DNA of 64,000 nucleotides, from positions 304,326-368,325 of the forward strand of contig CAVOGF010000004.1 in NCBI GenBank assembly GCA_963695165.1. The letters are read 5' to 3'. The translations under genes were made by a program, and so were the position numbers. The notes below the pieces were generated by a model that worked only from the letters and a program-made list of their open reading frames with translations, did not search any database and was not told the DNA's origin. This document shows, in pieces, positions 1 through 9,402 of this stretch; within the stretch, counting starts at the first letter, position 1, and every line of letters starts with the position of its first letter. Origin of the DNA: an uncultured Chitinophagaceae bacterium (lineage in GTDB: Bacteria > Bacteroidota > Bacteroidia > Chitinophagales > Chitinophagaceae).

Positions 1-550
1 AAAAGTAAAAGGAGCGGAAGTTTTTAAGCCCGGAACCAATTACATCATTGTTTGTAATCACAACAGCCTGATGGATGTCCCCGTTACAACTCCTTTCATG
101 CCCAATGCCAATAAAACCATTGCCAAAAAGGGATTTGCTTCCATCCCTGTTTTCGGATGGATCTATAGCCTCGGAAGCGTGCTCGTTGATAGAAAAGATG
201 ATACAAGCCGTAAAAAAAGTTATGATGCAATGAAAAAAGTATTGGCCATAGGACTGGATATGGTTTTATATCCCGAAGGCACCCGCAACAGAACGGATCA
301 ACCCCTGAAAGCCTTTTACGACGGCGCTTTTAAACTGGCTACAGACACCAAAAAAGAGATTATCCCGGCTTTGATCTTCAATACAAAAAAAGTGATGCCC
401 GCTAGTAAAACTTTTTTCTTAATGCCTTCCCGGCTGGAACTTCATTTTCTTTCTCCTGTTTCACCGGATGCCCTTTCTTCCAAAGCGCTTAAAGAAACCA
501 TCTATACGCTTATGTGGAATTATTATGAAAAAAATGATCCCGGTAGTTGA
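1..550 (+). CDS. plsC: 1-acyl-sn-glycerol-3-phosphate acyltransferase family protein, 5' end outside window
   Basis: The frame is open from base 2 and translates ...IIVCNHNSLMD (HX4D acyltransferase block) upstream of the listed ORF 71-550. That ORF contains the YPEGTRNR block. Confidence 0.8.
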   Translation, partial: KVKGAEVFKPGTNYIIVCNHNSLMDVPVTTPFMPNANKTIAKKGFASIPVFGWIYSLGSVLVDRKDDTSRKKSYDAMKKVLAIGLDMVLYPEGTRNRTDQPLKAFYDGAFKLATDTKKEIIPALIFNTKKVMPASKTFFLMPSRLELHFLSPVSPDALSSKALKETIYTLMWNYYEKNDPGS

Positions 551-662
551 AAGGTCAAAAGTGAAAGGTGAAACTGTGAAAGTGAAAGGTGAGAAGTAAA
601 AAGTGAAAAGTGAAAAAGTTGAAACATGAAAGCTGGGAAAGCAAAAGGTGAAAAGTGAAAAG
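549..662. repeat. short-period imperfect tandem repeat (GTGAAAG / GTGAAAA words)
   Basis: Directly visible: gtgaaaggtgaaactgtgaaagtgaaaggtgagaag...gtgaaaagtgaaaag. The same word family recurs at 768-809 and, reverse-complemented, at 34861-34893. Confidence 0.85.
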
Positions 663-767
663 CCCTGAAAGGGCGACCTTATCCGAGCATCGGGCAACGC
701 CCGATTAAATGACAAACAATATGTTATCCGCCAGCCCTGAAAGGGCGAAATAAAACCAGGTATAAGA

Positions 768-809
768 GTAAGTGAAAAGTGAAAGATGAAAGGTGAAAGA
801 TGAAAGGTG
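768..809. repeat. short-period repeat, GTGAAAG family
   Basis: gtaagtgaaaagtgaaagatgaaaggtgaaagatgaaaggtg. Confidence 0.85.
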
Positions 810-825
810 CGCAAAGCATTCGCAT

Positions 826-892
826 CAACAATGTAACCATTCAAAAGTGCAACCATTTAACAATGCAACCATTCATCAATGTAACCATTCGG
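826..892. repeat. about four tandem copies of a ~16-nt unit (TGYAACCATTYANCAA)
   Basis: caatgtaaccattcaaaagtgcaaccatttaacaatgcaaccattcatcaatgtaaccattcgg. Confidence 0.8.
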
Positions 893-993
893 TAAGGAAA
901 GAGAAATATCCATTTTCCGCTTTTTTGCATCTTCTCATAATTAAAAATCCACGTTAATTTTTTCATAAGGCCAAAAATTTTTTTAAATCTTAA

Positions 994-1009
994 TTAAACG
1001 TTTGTTTAA
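994..1009. promoter_or_regulatory. inverted repeat TTAAAC-N4-GTTTAA, possible TetR operator
   Basis: A perfect 6-bp inverted repeat lies ~25 nt upstream of the tetR ATG at 1033. A function is inferred from position only. Confidence 0.25.
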
Positions 1010-1032
1010 CTTTGACGCCTCAAAAATTAAAA

Positions 1033-1662
1033 ATGAGCTATAATGAGAAGCAACTGCAGATCATAAACAGCGCCGAGCAATTATTTTCAGCCAAAGGTTT
1101 TGATGCAAGTTCCGTACGCGATATAGCTGAAAATGCAGGCGTAAATATTGCAATGATCTCCTATTATTTTGGTTCCAAAGAAAAATTAATGGAAGCGCTA
1201 TTTCAACAACGAACCGGGTTTTTCAATTTGCGTTTGGAAACACTTTTGCAGGATGAAAAGAAGACAACCTGGCAAAAGCTGGAAATTTTAATTGATGAGC
1301 ATATCGAAAGGGTTATGCACAATCAATTGTTTCATAAAATAATGATTTGTGAACAAATCATCAATAAAAATCCGGTCATCATTGGAGTTGTCAACCAGTT
1401 AAAAAAAAGAAATACGGAATTATTCGGCGAATTAATCAAAGAAGGACAAAAGACAGGAATCTTTAAAAAGAAAATTGACCTGGTATTAATTTTCAATACC
1501 ATTCTTGGGACGGTTACCCAAATGATGGTTACCCAACATTATTACCGGGATTTTAATAACCTGAACTCCCTTCCTGATGAGGAATTCCATTTATTGCTCA
1601 AGGAGCGAACCGGAAATCATTTAAAAACATTAGTTAAAGCATTATTGCAGTATGAAGCATAA
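1033..1662 (+). CDS. TetR/AcrR family transcriptional regulator
   Basis: N-terminal HTH region AEQLFSAKGFDASSVRDIAENAGVNIAMISYYFGSKEKL is typical of TetR. It is the first gene of an efflux operon. The ATG at 1033 is preferred over the TTG at 1012. Confidence 0.85.
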   Translation: MSYNEKQLQIINSAEQLFSAKGFDASSVRDIAENAGVNIAMISYYFGSKEKLMEALFQQRTGFFNLRLETLLQDEKKTTWQKLEILIDEHIERVMHNQLFHKIMICEQIINKNPVIIGVVNQLKKRNTELFGELIKEGQKTGIFKKKIDLVLIFNTILGTVTQMMVTQHYYRDFNNLNSLPDEEFHLLLKERTGNHLKTLVKALLQYEA

Positions 1663-2995
1663 CAGATTATTCATCCTTTTTAGCATCATCGCTCTTTTCC
1701 ATTTTGAGCTGTTAAAAGCCCAGCAAAAAACACTTACACTCACCGAAGCCATTGATCTGAGTATTGCAAACAGCAAACAACTTAAAACTAATAAAGCTGC
1801 AATAGAAGAGGCCAGCGGAGCATTAAAAGAAGCCGAAGATCACCGGCTGCCTGATTTTAAAATAAGCGGTTCTTATTTGCGAATGAATAACCCCAATGTG
1901 GATTTAAAAATAAAAACCGGCAATGCCGACGGTGGCAATCCTGGCGGCAATGCTGCTGCTACTCCAAAAATATCACAGGCCACTTATGGCATTGCCAATC
2001 TCTCCCTTCCCATTTATTCCGGCCAGCGCATCAAATATGGAATTGAATCTGCACATTATCTTTTGGAAGCTTCAAAACTGGATGCAGACAATGAAAAAGA
2101 AGCAGTAATATTAAATACCATTGATGCATTCAGCAATTTATATAAATCGAAAGCGGCAGTAAATCTCGTGAAAGAAAATTTGCAGCAATCGCGCCAGCGC
2201 GATACGGATTTTTCCAATCTTGAAAAAAACGGGCTGCTTGCCAGGAATGACCTGCTTAAATCTGAATTACAAACTTCCCAGGTGGAATTGAGCTTACTGG
2301 AAGCAGAAAACAATTGGAAACAGGCAAATGTAAACATGAACCTCATGTTGGGTTTGCCTTCCAAAACACAGTTATTACCCGATTCATCCGGCATGAACTA
2401 CAGTTTTTCATTAAAAAATGAAGAGGAATATGAACAGCTAGCCCTTCAAAACCGGAAAGATGCTGAAGCCTTGATTTTCAGAAAAAAAGCGGCTGGCAGC
2501 GCCATCAAATCGGTAAAAGGCGAGCTCTATCCCGGAATCGCGTTTACAGGAGGTTATATAGCCGCGTATGTTCCCAATCTGCTTACTGTTACCAATGCTG
2601 TAAATGTTGGAATTGGCCTGAACTACAGCCTTTCATCTTTATGGAAAACAAAAGCCCGGATACAGCAGGCTGAGGCCAGGCAAAAACAGTTGGAGGCCCA
2701 GGAGGGCATGCTCCAGGATAAAATTCAGTTGCAGATTAACCAGGCTTACAATAATTATTTATTAAGCCAAAAGAAAATTGAAGTCTATAATAAAGCAATT
2801 GCACAGGCATTGGAAAATTATAAGATCACGAAAAATAAATATGACAACAGCCTGGTTACAACAACCGAATTACTGGATGCGGATGTGGCACAATTGCAGG
2901 CAAAACTGAATGCCGCTTTTGGAAAAATAGACGCCTTGGTAGCTTATAACAAACTGTTGCAGGCAGCAGGACTTTTAGGAGAATCATTAAAATAA
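1652..2995 (+). CDS. TolC family outer membrane efflux protein
   Basis: Signal peptide and a 447-aa coiled-coil-rich protein with two OEP-like halves. It overlaps the tetR stop and precedes HlyD and MFS genes. Confidence 0.8.
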   Translation: MKHNRLFILFSIIALFHFELLKAQQKTLTLTEAIDLSIANSKQLKTNKAAIEEASGALKEAEDHRLPDFKISGSYLRMNNPNVDLKIKTGNADGGNPGGNAAATPKISQATYGIANLSLPIYSGQRIKYGIESAHYLLEASKLDADNEKEAVILNTIDAFSNLYKSKAAVNLVKENLQQSRQRDTDFSNLEKNGLLARNDLLKSELQTSQVELSLLEAENNWKQANVNMNLMLGLPSKTQLLPDSSGMNYSFSLKNEEEYEQLALQNRKDAEALIFRKKAAGSAIKSVKGELYPGIAFTGGYIAAYVPNLLTVTNAVNVGIGLNYSLSSLWKTKARIQQAEARQKQLEAQEGMLQDKIQLQINQAYNNYLLSQKKIEVYNKAIAQALENYKITKNKYDNSLVTTTELLDADVAQLQAKLNAAFGKIDALVAYNKLLQAAGLLGESLK

Positions 2996-3017
2996 TTACC
3001 GGTTAATAATAACAATT

Positions 3018-4143
3018 ATGTCAGTTATACCACTTGAAAAAAAAGAAAAACAACAACTAAACAAATCGCCGGAAGTAAAAAAGAAAAACAGGTTTTTTCT
3101 TGTAATCTTACTCTTGCTGGTAGTATCAGGCGCCTGGTTTGGCATAAGCAAATATATGTATGCGCAGCATCATACGGAAACGGATGATGCGCAGGTAGAA
3201 GCCAACATCAGCCCTGTAATACCACGCATTTCAGGTTATGTAACGGAGGTAAGGGTAAAGGACAATCAAAAAGTAAAAAAGGGCGATACCTTAATTGTAC
3301 TTGACAACAGGCAGTTATTAATAAAGCTGGAACAGGCTGAAGCCGCATTGGCAACAGCTAAAACTAATTTGGGTGTAGCAGAAGCTTCCACTCATGCAGC
3401 CCATGCCAATATAGCGAGCGCTCAGGCTGGCGTATCCACCATTGATGCACAAATAGAAGCCGCACGCGTAACTGTATGGCGGGCCACACAGGATTACAAC
3501 CGCTATGCCAATCTTATTAAGGATCATTCCATTACCCAACAACAATTTGAACAGGCTGAAGCAGCTAAACAAACCGCTGAACGTCAGCTCCAGGTATTGG
3601 TTGAACAAAAGAACCAGGCTACTCAGCAGACCAGCTGCAGTAAGCTCTCAAAGTAATGCAAGCTCCCGGCAAATACCCGTTGCCAGTTCAATGATCAAAC
3701 AGCGCCAGGTGGATGTGGATGACGCAAAACTGAATCTTTCCTATTCAGTCATAACAGCCCCTGAAGCAGGCGAGGTATCCAAAGTAAATGTGCAGGAAGG
3801 CCAGTATGTACAAACCGGGCAGGCGCTTTTTAGTATTGTTTTAAACCAGAATGTATGGGTGGTGGCCAACTTTAAAGAAACGCAGTTAGGAAAGATGAGG
3901 GTGGGACAAAAAGTAATAATTGAAGTAGATGCTTTTTCACATCACGAATTTGAAGGGCAGGTAGCTTCTTTTTCACCGGCTACCGGCGCACGTTTTGCAC
4001 TGCTTCCACCGGATAATGCAAGTGGCAACTTCGTAAAAGTGGTTCAAAGACTTCCGGTAAAAATTGAGTTTAATCCCGGTGATTCGTTAGTCAAATGGTT
4101 GAGACCAGGAATGAATGTTAATGTAAATGTGCATCTCGATTAA
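3018..4143 (+). pseudogene. HlyD/EmrA family membrane fusion protein, frameshifted
   Basis: ORFs 3018-3656 and 3505-4143 are the N- and C-halves of one adaptor in different frames, and the switch must lie near 3625-3655. The N-half has a TM segment and a lipoyl-like motif (KVKKGDTLIVLD). The C-half has AKLNLSYSVITAPEAGEV. Confidence 0.8.
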
Positions 4144-4187
4144 GAGGATTTGAAAAAGCGGATAAAGATTAATTCCGCAAACTTTGT

Positions 4188-5766
4188 ATGCAACAGGAAT
4201 CATTAGTAGAATATGGCAGCCGCAGGGTTATTATTACCATTACAGCTATCATCTGCGCGTTACTGGAAATAGTTGATTCAACCATTGTAAATGTGGCGAT
4301 CAATGATATGCGGGGCAACCTGGGCGCCACTTTTACTGAAATCGGCTGGGTGATCACCGCTTATGCTATAGGCAATGTAATTGTGGTTCCCATGACCAGC
4401 TGGCTCTCACAGCAATTTGGAAGGCGCAATTATTTTGCAGCCTCTATTATGTTGTTCACGGTCTGTTCCTTTTTATGCGGCAATGCCACCGGCATTTGGG
4501 AACTGGTACTTTTTCGTTTTATGCAGGGATTGGGCGGGGGCGCCTTGCTGGTAACTTCTCAAACAATTATTACCGAAGTTTATCCACAGGAAAAACGGGG
4601 TATGGCTCAGGCAATTTATGGATTGGGTGTTATCATCGGCCCAACACTTGGCCCGCCGCTTGGTGGTTATATTGTAGATCATTATTCCTGGCCCTATATT
4701 TTTTACATCAATATTCCTATTGGTATTATTGCCACTTTAATGACACTTCAGTTTGTACGCAGCCCAAAATATGGTGAAAAAAGTAAAACAAGAGATGTGG
4801 ACTGGTTGGGTATAGCATTGCTTGCCATTTCTGTAGGATCACTTCAATATGTTCTGGAACGCGGGCATGATGATGATTGGTTTTCAAGTAATACGATTAC
4901 CATTCTTGCCATTACCGCTTTTTTCGGATTATTCTTTTTTATCTGGCGGGAACTTACTTTCCGCAACCCTATTGTAGAACTTCGCGTTCTTAAAAACGGA
5001 AACCTTCGTATAGGAACCATTTTATCTTTTATACTTGGCTTTGGATTATATGGATCTACTTTCATCATTCCTGTATATACACAATCCACGCTGGGATGGA
5101 CGGCAGAACAGGCGGGGATGCTTATGATTCCTTCTGCATTAACTACCGCTTTTATGATGCCCATCATCGGACAGATGTTGCAAAAAGGAGTTCCACAGAA
5201 ATATCTTGTGGCACTGGGGATGCTGCTGTTTTTCGGATATAGTTTTTGGGCATATTCCATTTTAACACCTGATACGGCTGCGGATAATTTTTTCTGGCTC
5301 CTGATTGTAAGAGGAATGGGTATGGGAATGCTTTTTATTCCTATTACAACTTTATCGCTTTCCACACTTAACAGGAAAGCAAATAGGCCAGGGCGCTTCT
5401 TTTACCGGTATGATGCGCCAGTTGGGTGGTTCTTTTGGCATTGCCAGCATCACTACTTTTATGGCCCGGCAAAACATGGTTTACCGAAGTGACCTGGTAA
5501 GTAAATTAGACATCAACGATCCTACGGTTCAGCAGCATGTGCAGGCGCTGCAGCAGGGATTTATCGCCAAAGGTTTGCCGCCTAATATCGCGCTTCAAAG
5601 CAGTTACCAGGCTCTTGACTATTCAGTTATGAAACAGGCGGCGGTTTTGTCTTACATGGATGTGTTTTTGTATATAGGAGTAATGTTTCTTATCTGTATT
5701 CCTTTTATGCTGATGGTGAAGGGTAATAAGGGTAAAAAAATTGAGCTTTCCGAAGCCATGCATTAA
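4188..5766 (+). pseudogene. MFS transporter, DHA2 (EmrB/QacA) family, frameshifted
   Basis: ORFs 4188-5492 and 5410-5766 lie in different frames. Around 5365-5410 the second frame reads GKQIGQGASFTGMMRQLGGSFGIA, the expected continuation of a 14-TM DHA2 pump. Confidence 0.8.
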
Positions 5767-6040
5767 AATAACAGTCATTTCCATGAATCCGGCTCAAGCA
5801 CAAGCTTTTATACTTCGGTTTTACAAAAAACACCAGTTTAAATCATGATCGGTTTTTCAGATTTTTCAGGTCATTTATAATAATAAAAATTGCAAATGAT
5901 TGATACCTATTTCATTGAAAATAAAACTTCATGAATCAGGAGATGGTTCGTTTTCCATTAGTAAAATGGGTACGATTTCTGATATTATAAAAAGGAATTC
6001 CAGTCGGTTTTATTTATTCAATAATTTTAAATCAATCCAC

Positions 6041-6394
6041 ATGAAAAAGATTATTTTATTAGTGGCGGTAAGCGCTTTTTCTCTTTGCCTCTACGCCCAG
6101 GACAGAAGTGCAGATACCACAACCCGTCATCATATGGGAAAAATGGATAAAATGAATAAAATGAAAGATTGTGTAGTAATGGAAAATGGCAATATGATGG
6201 TGATGAAAAACGGTGAAACAACCCCAATGTCCCAGGATATGACTATGACTAATGGCACAGTTGTAATGACTAACGGATCAGTAAAAATGAAAGATGGCAA
6301 AACCATGCAATTGAAAAATGATGAATGCGTGTATATGGATGGCCATATGGGTCATGTTAAACACCCAACATGGCGAAAAGTTCAGGCAAGATGA
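6041..6394 (+). CDS. secreted Met-rich repeat protein (hypothetical)
   Basis: The ATG at 6041 gives signal peptide MKKIILLVAVSAFSLCLYAQ. The mature part is Met-rich with repeated MENGNMMVMKNG / MTNGTVVMTNGSVKMKDGKTM motifs. A hairpin plus T-run follows at ~6423-6447. Confidence 0.6.
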   Translation: MKKIILLVAVSAFSLCLYAQDRSADTTTRHHMGKMDKMNKMKDCVVMENGNMMVMKNGETTPMSQDMTMTNGTVVMTNGSVKMKDGKTMQLKNDECVYMDGHMGHVKHPTWRKVQAR

Positions 6395-6868
6395 AATAAT
6401 ACGACTGCTGATTAGTAGTTAAAAAGGCTGTCTAAAGAACAGTCTTTTTTGTTTGAGGTTCACAGCTTTGAACTACCAGTCCCTGTTCAGGTTCCTAACT
6501 TTTTAATTTTTAATTCTTCATTTCTAATTCTTCTTTCTTTCCCGAAAAAAGTTGACAGTTTTTATTTAATTATTCGTTTTTAATTTGATGATTTGAGTCA
6601 TCGATATTAATTGCTTTTAAAAATGACTTGAAGTCCCAATTCTTATTATTTTGCCCTACAAGCCAAGAATTCCACCAGGCATTTTATTCTACCAAAATGT
6701 TGCCCCTACAGGGCATTTCCAATCCCTCATTGCATGCTGACAGCTGATAGCTCAATGCCTCATCTCATACCTCACACCTCATTTCTAATTTTCATTTCAC
6801 ATTCCTTCCCGCTCTTCCTACCTTTACAACTCAAATTAATTATTCAAACAAAATAAATTGATCGCTTT

Positions 6869-7798
6869 ATGAAAGTAACAGTAGTGGGTGCAGGCGCCGT
6901 GGGTGCAACCTGTGCCGATAACATTGCAAGGAAAGAGCTTTGTGAAGAATTGGTATTATTAGATATTAAAGAAGGCGTTGCCGAAGGTAAGGCGCAGGAT
7001 ATGATGCAAACAGCCGCTCTCTTGGGTTTTGACACAAAAATCACAGGCAGCACCAATGATTACAGCAAAACCGCAGATTCCAATGTTGTTGTAATTACTT
7101 CAGGCTTACCACGCAAACCAGGAATGACCCGCGAAGAACTGATTGGTGTAAATGCAGGAATTGTAAAAACTGTTACTGAAAATATTTTAAAACATTCTCC
7201 CAATGCCATTATCATTGTTATCTCCAATCCCATGGATACAATGACCTATCTCGCATTGCAAAGCACCGGATTGCCCAAACACCGCATTATTGGTATGGGC
7301 GGCGCATTGGATAGCGCACGTTTTAAATACCAACTGAGCCAGCATTTAGGCGCAAGTCAGGCTGACTTAAATGCAGTTGTAATTGGCGGTCACGGCGATA
7401 CAACCATGATTCCCTTGATCAATCATGCAACCTGGAATAGCATTCCTGTCACCAAATTTTTAAGTACGGAACAACAAAAACAAATTGTTGCCGATACAAT
7501 GGTTGGTGGCGCCACTTTAACCAAATTAATCGGCACCTCAGCATGGTATGCTCCGGGCGCTGCCGGCGCATCCTTAGTGGAAAGCATTGTACGCGATGAG
7601 AAAAAATTAATTACCTGTTGCGTTGCATTGGAAGGTGAATACGGACAAAAAGATATTTGTCTGGGCGTCCCGGTAGTAATAGGAAAAAATGGCTGGGAAA
7701 AAATTATTGAAGTAGAATTAAGCGCTGAAGACCAGGCTGCATTCAACAAAAGCGCCGATGCGGTAAGAGCGATGAATGATGTGTTGAAAACATTATAA
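6869..7798 (+). CDS. mdh: malate dehydrogenase (LDH-like type)
   Basis: MKVTVVGAGAVGATCA Rossmann start, PRKPGMTREELI, the GGHGDTM region, and a 309-aa length typical of LDH-like MDH. Confidence 0.93.
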   Translation: MKVTVVGAGAVGATCADNIARKELCEELVLLDIKEGVAEGKAQDMMQTAALLGFDTKITGSTNDYSKTADSNVVVITSGLPRKPGMTREELIGVNAGIVKTVTENILKHSPNAIIIVISNPMDTMTYLALQSTGLPKHRIIGMGGALDSARFKYQLSQHLGASQADLNAVVIGGHGDTTMIPLINHATWNSIPVTKFLSTEQQKQIVADTMVGGATLTKLIGTSAWYAPGAAGASLVESIVRDEKKLITCCVALEGEYGQKDICLGVPVVIGKNGWEKIIEVELSAEDQAAFNKSADAVRAMNDVLKTL

Positions 7799-7820
7799 CC
7801 CACGCTTAAAGGAATTATAA

Positions 7821-7856
7821 AAGGCCTCAATAAGATTGCAATCTTGTTGAGGCCTT
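7821..7856 (+). terminator. long hairpin downstream of mdh
   Basis: aaggcctcaa pairs with ttgaggcctt, and the inner aagatt pairs with aatctt. The hairpin starts 23 nt after the mdh stop. The T-tract is weak (ctttagt). Confidence 0.5.
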
Positions 7857-8152
7857 TAGTATGAAGGCCTACTATTAAAAAACTTTCCAAGAAGGAAAAA
7901 TATGAAAAAAGATTATTTAGAATACTAGATGAAATTTTTTTTGGCAAAATAGAAGGTACAACAGATCTTGTTTCCTTTGAAGATAAAATGGTAAAAGAAC
8001 TTAAAAAAGCTTTTACAAACTCGGTTACCGAATACATTGCGTTATGTAAGGAAATAATAAACCTGTTATTAAATCCTTGAAAAAGGAATCATGCGAACAA
8101 GCGGAAATTCTGAAAGTAAATGATTAATTTCATACAGGTAAAAAAGGTTTAT

Positions 8153-8374
8153 ATGGAAACTGTAACAGTTGAATTAATCAATAAAAAGGCCCTAAAATTA
8201 TTAGAGGAGCTTGAAGAACTTGCTATAATCAAGCTCCATAAAGCAGAAGAAAAAAAGGTTGTAAATGATAAAGCATCGAAATACAGGGGCTTTATGTCGA
8301 CAGACACAGCTGATGCTTTTTTAAAAACCACTGGGGAAAGCAGGAATGAATGGGAACAAAGATTTCCTGTTTAG
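8153..8374 (+). CDS. small hypothetical protein
   Basis: The ORF starts at internal ATG 8153 (METVTVELINKKALKLLEELEELAIIKL...). It is convergent with mcrC. No recognisable catalytic motif. Confidence 0.45.
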   Translation: METVTVELINKKALKLLEELEELAIIKLHKAEEKKVVNDKASKYRGFMSTDTADAFLKTTGESRNEWEQRFPV

Positions 8375-9402
8375 ATAATTCCTTTCAAACGGGATGAAAT
8401 ATTTTCCCAGTTATCGTTTAAATTCACTGTCCTTATTTGAATATTATGTTGCATATATTGAAAATCTAAATTGTATTCGGTTTCAATAGTCGGATAAAGT
8501 AATATACCAGAGGTATTTTGTGTTTTCGGATGCTCGCCTTTTTGATTTATCAGATAACTGAATAACTGATAAAGATTAGCCGATTTTATTTTTTCCTTGT
8601 TATAATTTAATGTCATTGTTTCGCGGTAAAACTTTGCATCTATAATGATCTTTTCTGTGTCATTCTCTAATGTAATATCAGTTTCCATTTGAGGTAAATA
8701 TGGGAAGCTTTTATAGTCGATATTGTTAAACTGCCATTTGATTGTTTCCTTTTTCACCATAGTAAATTTCTTCTGTTCTATTTTATAGAAGTTTCTAACG
8801 AATGATTCAAAGAGGATATTCATTTTATGGTCATCCCTGGTAAAGTCTGCAAATTTGTATTTTCCCGGTTTTTCTGAAGGCAATATATTTTCATGAATTA
8901 TTTGACAAACGTTCATTATAAAACCGTAAATACGGTTATTCCGGTTTAGTTTTATTTTACTAAAAAGCGATGATGCAATCTTTATTTGTTGAATGTGTAT
9001 TAACATTCCTTGTAAGGAAATTAATTCATTTTTTAATTGTTTATCAACCTCTTCAATTCTTGATAGCCAGTAAATGGTTGTGACTAAAATTCTGTTTGAT
9101 AAAATGTTTGAAGAGAATTCATCATAAGTGCAAATGGTTCTTTGATAAAAAAGCAAATTACTTTTCAGGGTTTGGCTTATCTGCACTTTTCCCTTTATGC
9201 CTGTTAATTCTTCGGTATGATCAATATAGTTTTTGTCAATACCTCTTTTTAAAATTATTTTGGTTGCACGGATTAAAACTTTTGCAAAAAGATTAAGCAA
9301 ATCCGTTTTATCATCTATCGAAACATTTACCTGGTCTTTTTCATCAAGCTTGTTCCAGGCATAGCAAAGCAGGAAGTAAATATTTTCAATTGGAATTTTC
9401 AT
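8371..9402 (-). CDS. mcrC: McrC-like subunit of a McrBC type IV restriction system
   Basis: It overlaps the mcrB stop by 17 nt. The C-terminal part has a PD-(D/E)xK-like IIIDAKFY motif, and the N-terminus MKIPIENIYFLLCYAW is McrC-like. Confidence 0.8.
   Translation of the reverse strand: MKIPIENIYFLLCYAWNKLDEKDQVNVSIDDKTDLLNLFAKVLIRATKIILKRGIDKNYIDHTEELTGIKGKVQISQTLKSNLLFYQRTICTYDEFSSNILSNRILVTTIYWLSRIEEVDKQLKNELISLQGMLIHIQQIKIASSLFSKIKLNRNNRIYGFIMNVCQIIHENILPSEKPGKYKFADFTRDDHKMNILFESFVRNFYKIEQKKFTMVKKETIKWQFNNIDYKSFPYLPQMETDITLENDTEKIIIDAKFYRETMTLNYNKEKIKSANLYQLFSYLINQKGEHPKTQNTSGILLYPTIETEYNLDFQYMQHNIQIRTVNLNDNWENISSRLKGII

Noticed and set aside
461-856. 131-aa minus-strand ORF (…FSLFTFYFSPFTFTVSPFTF…)
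   Set aside because: It is a translation of the GTGAAAG short-period repeat tract and overlaps the plsC 3' end. Its low-complexity text has no protein-like features.
7875-8075. Plus-strand open frame …KRLFRILDEIFFGKIEGTTDLVSFEDKMVKELKKAFTNSVTEYIALCKEIINLLLNP* with no usable start codon
   Set aside because: It lacks an ATG/GTG/TTG start near its 5' end and has no recognisable motif. It may be a gene remnant at the edge of the McrBC island, but this cannot be supported.
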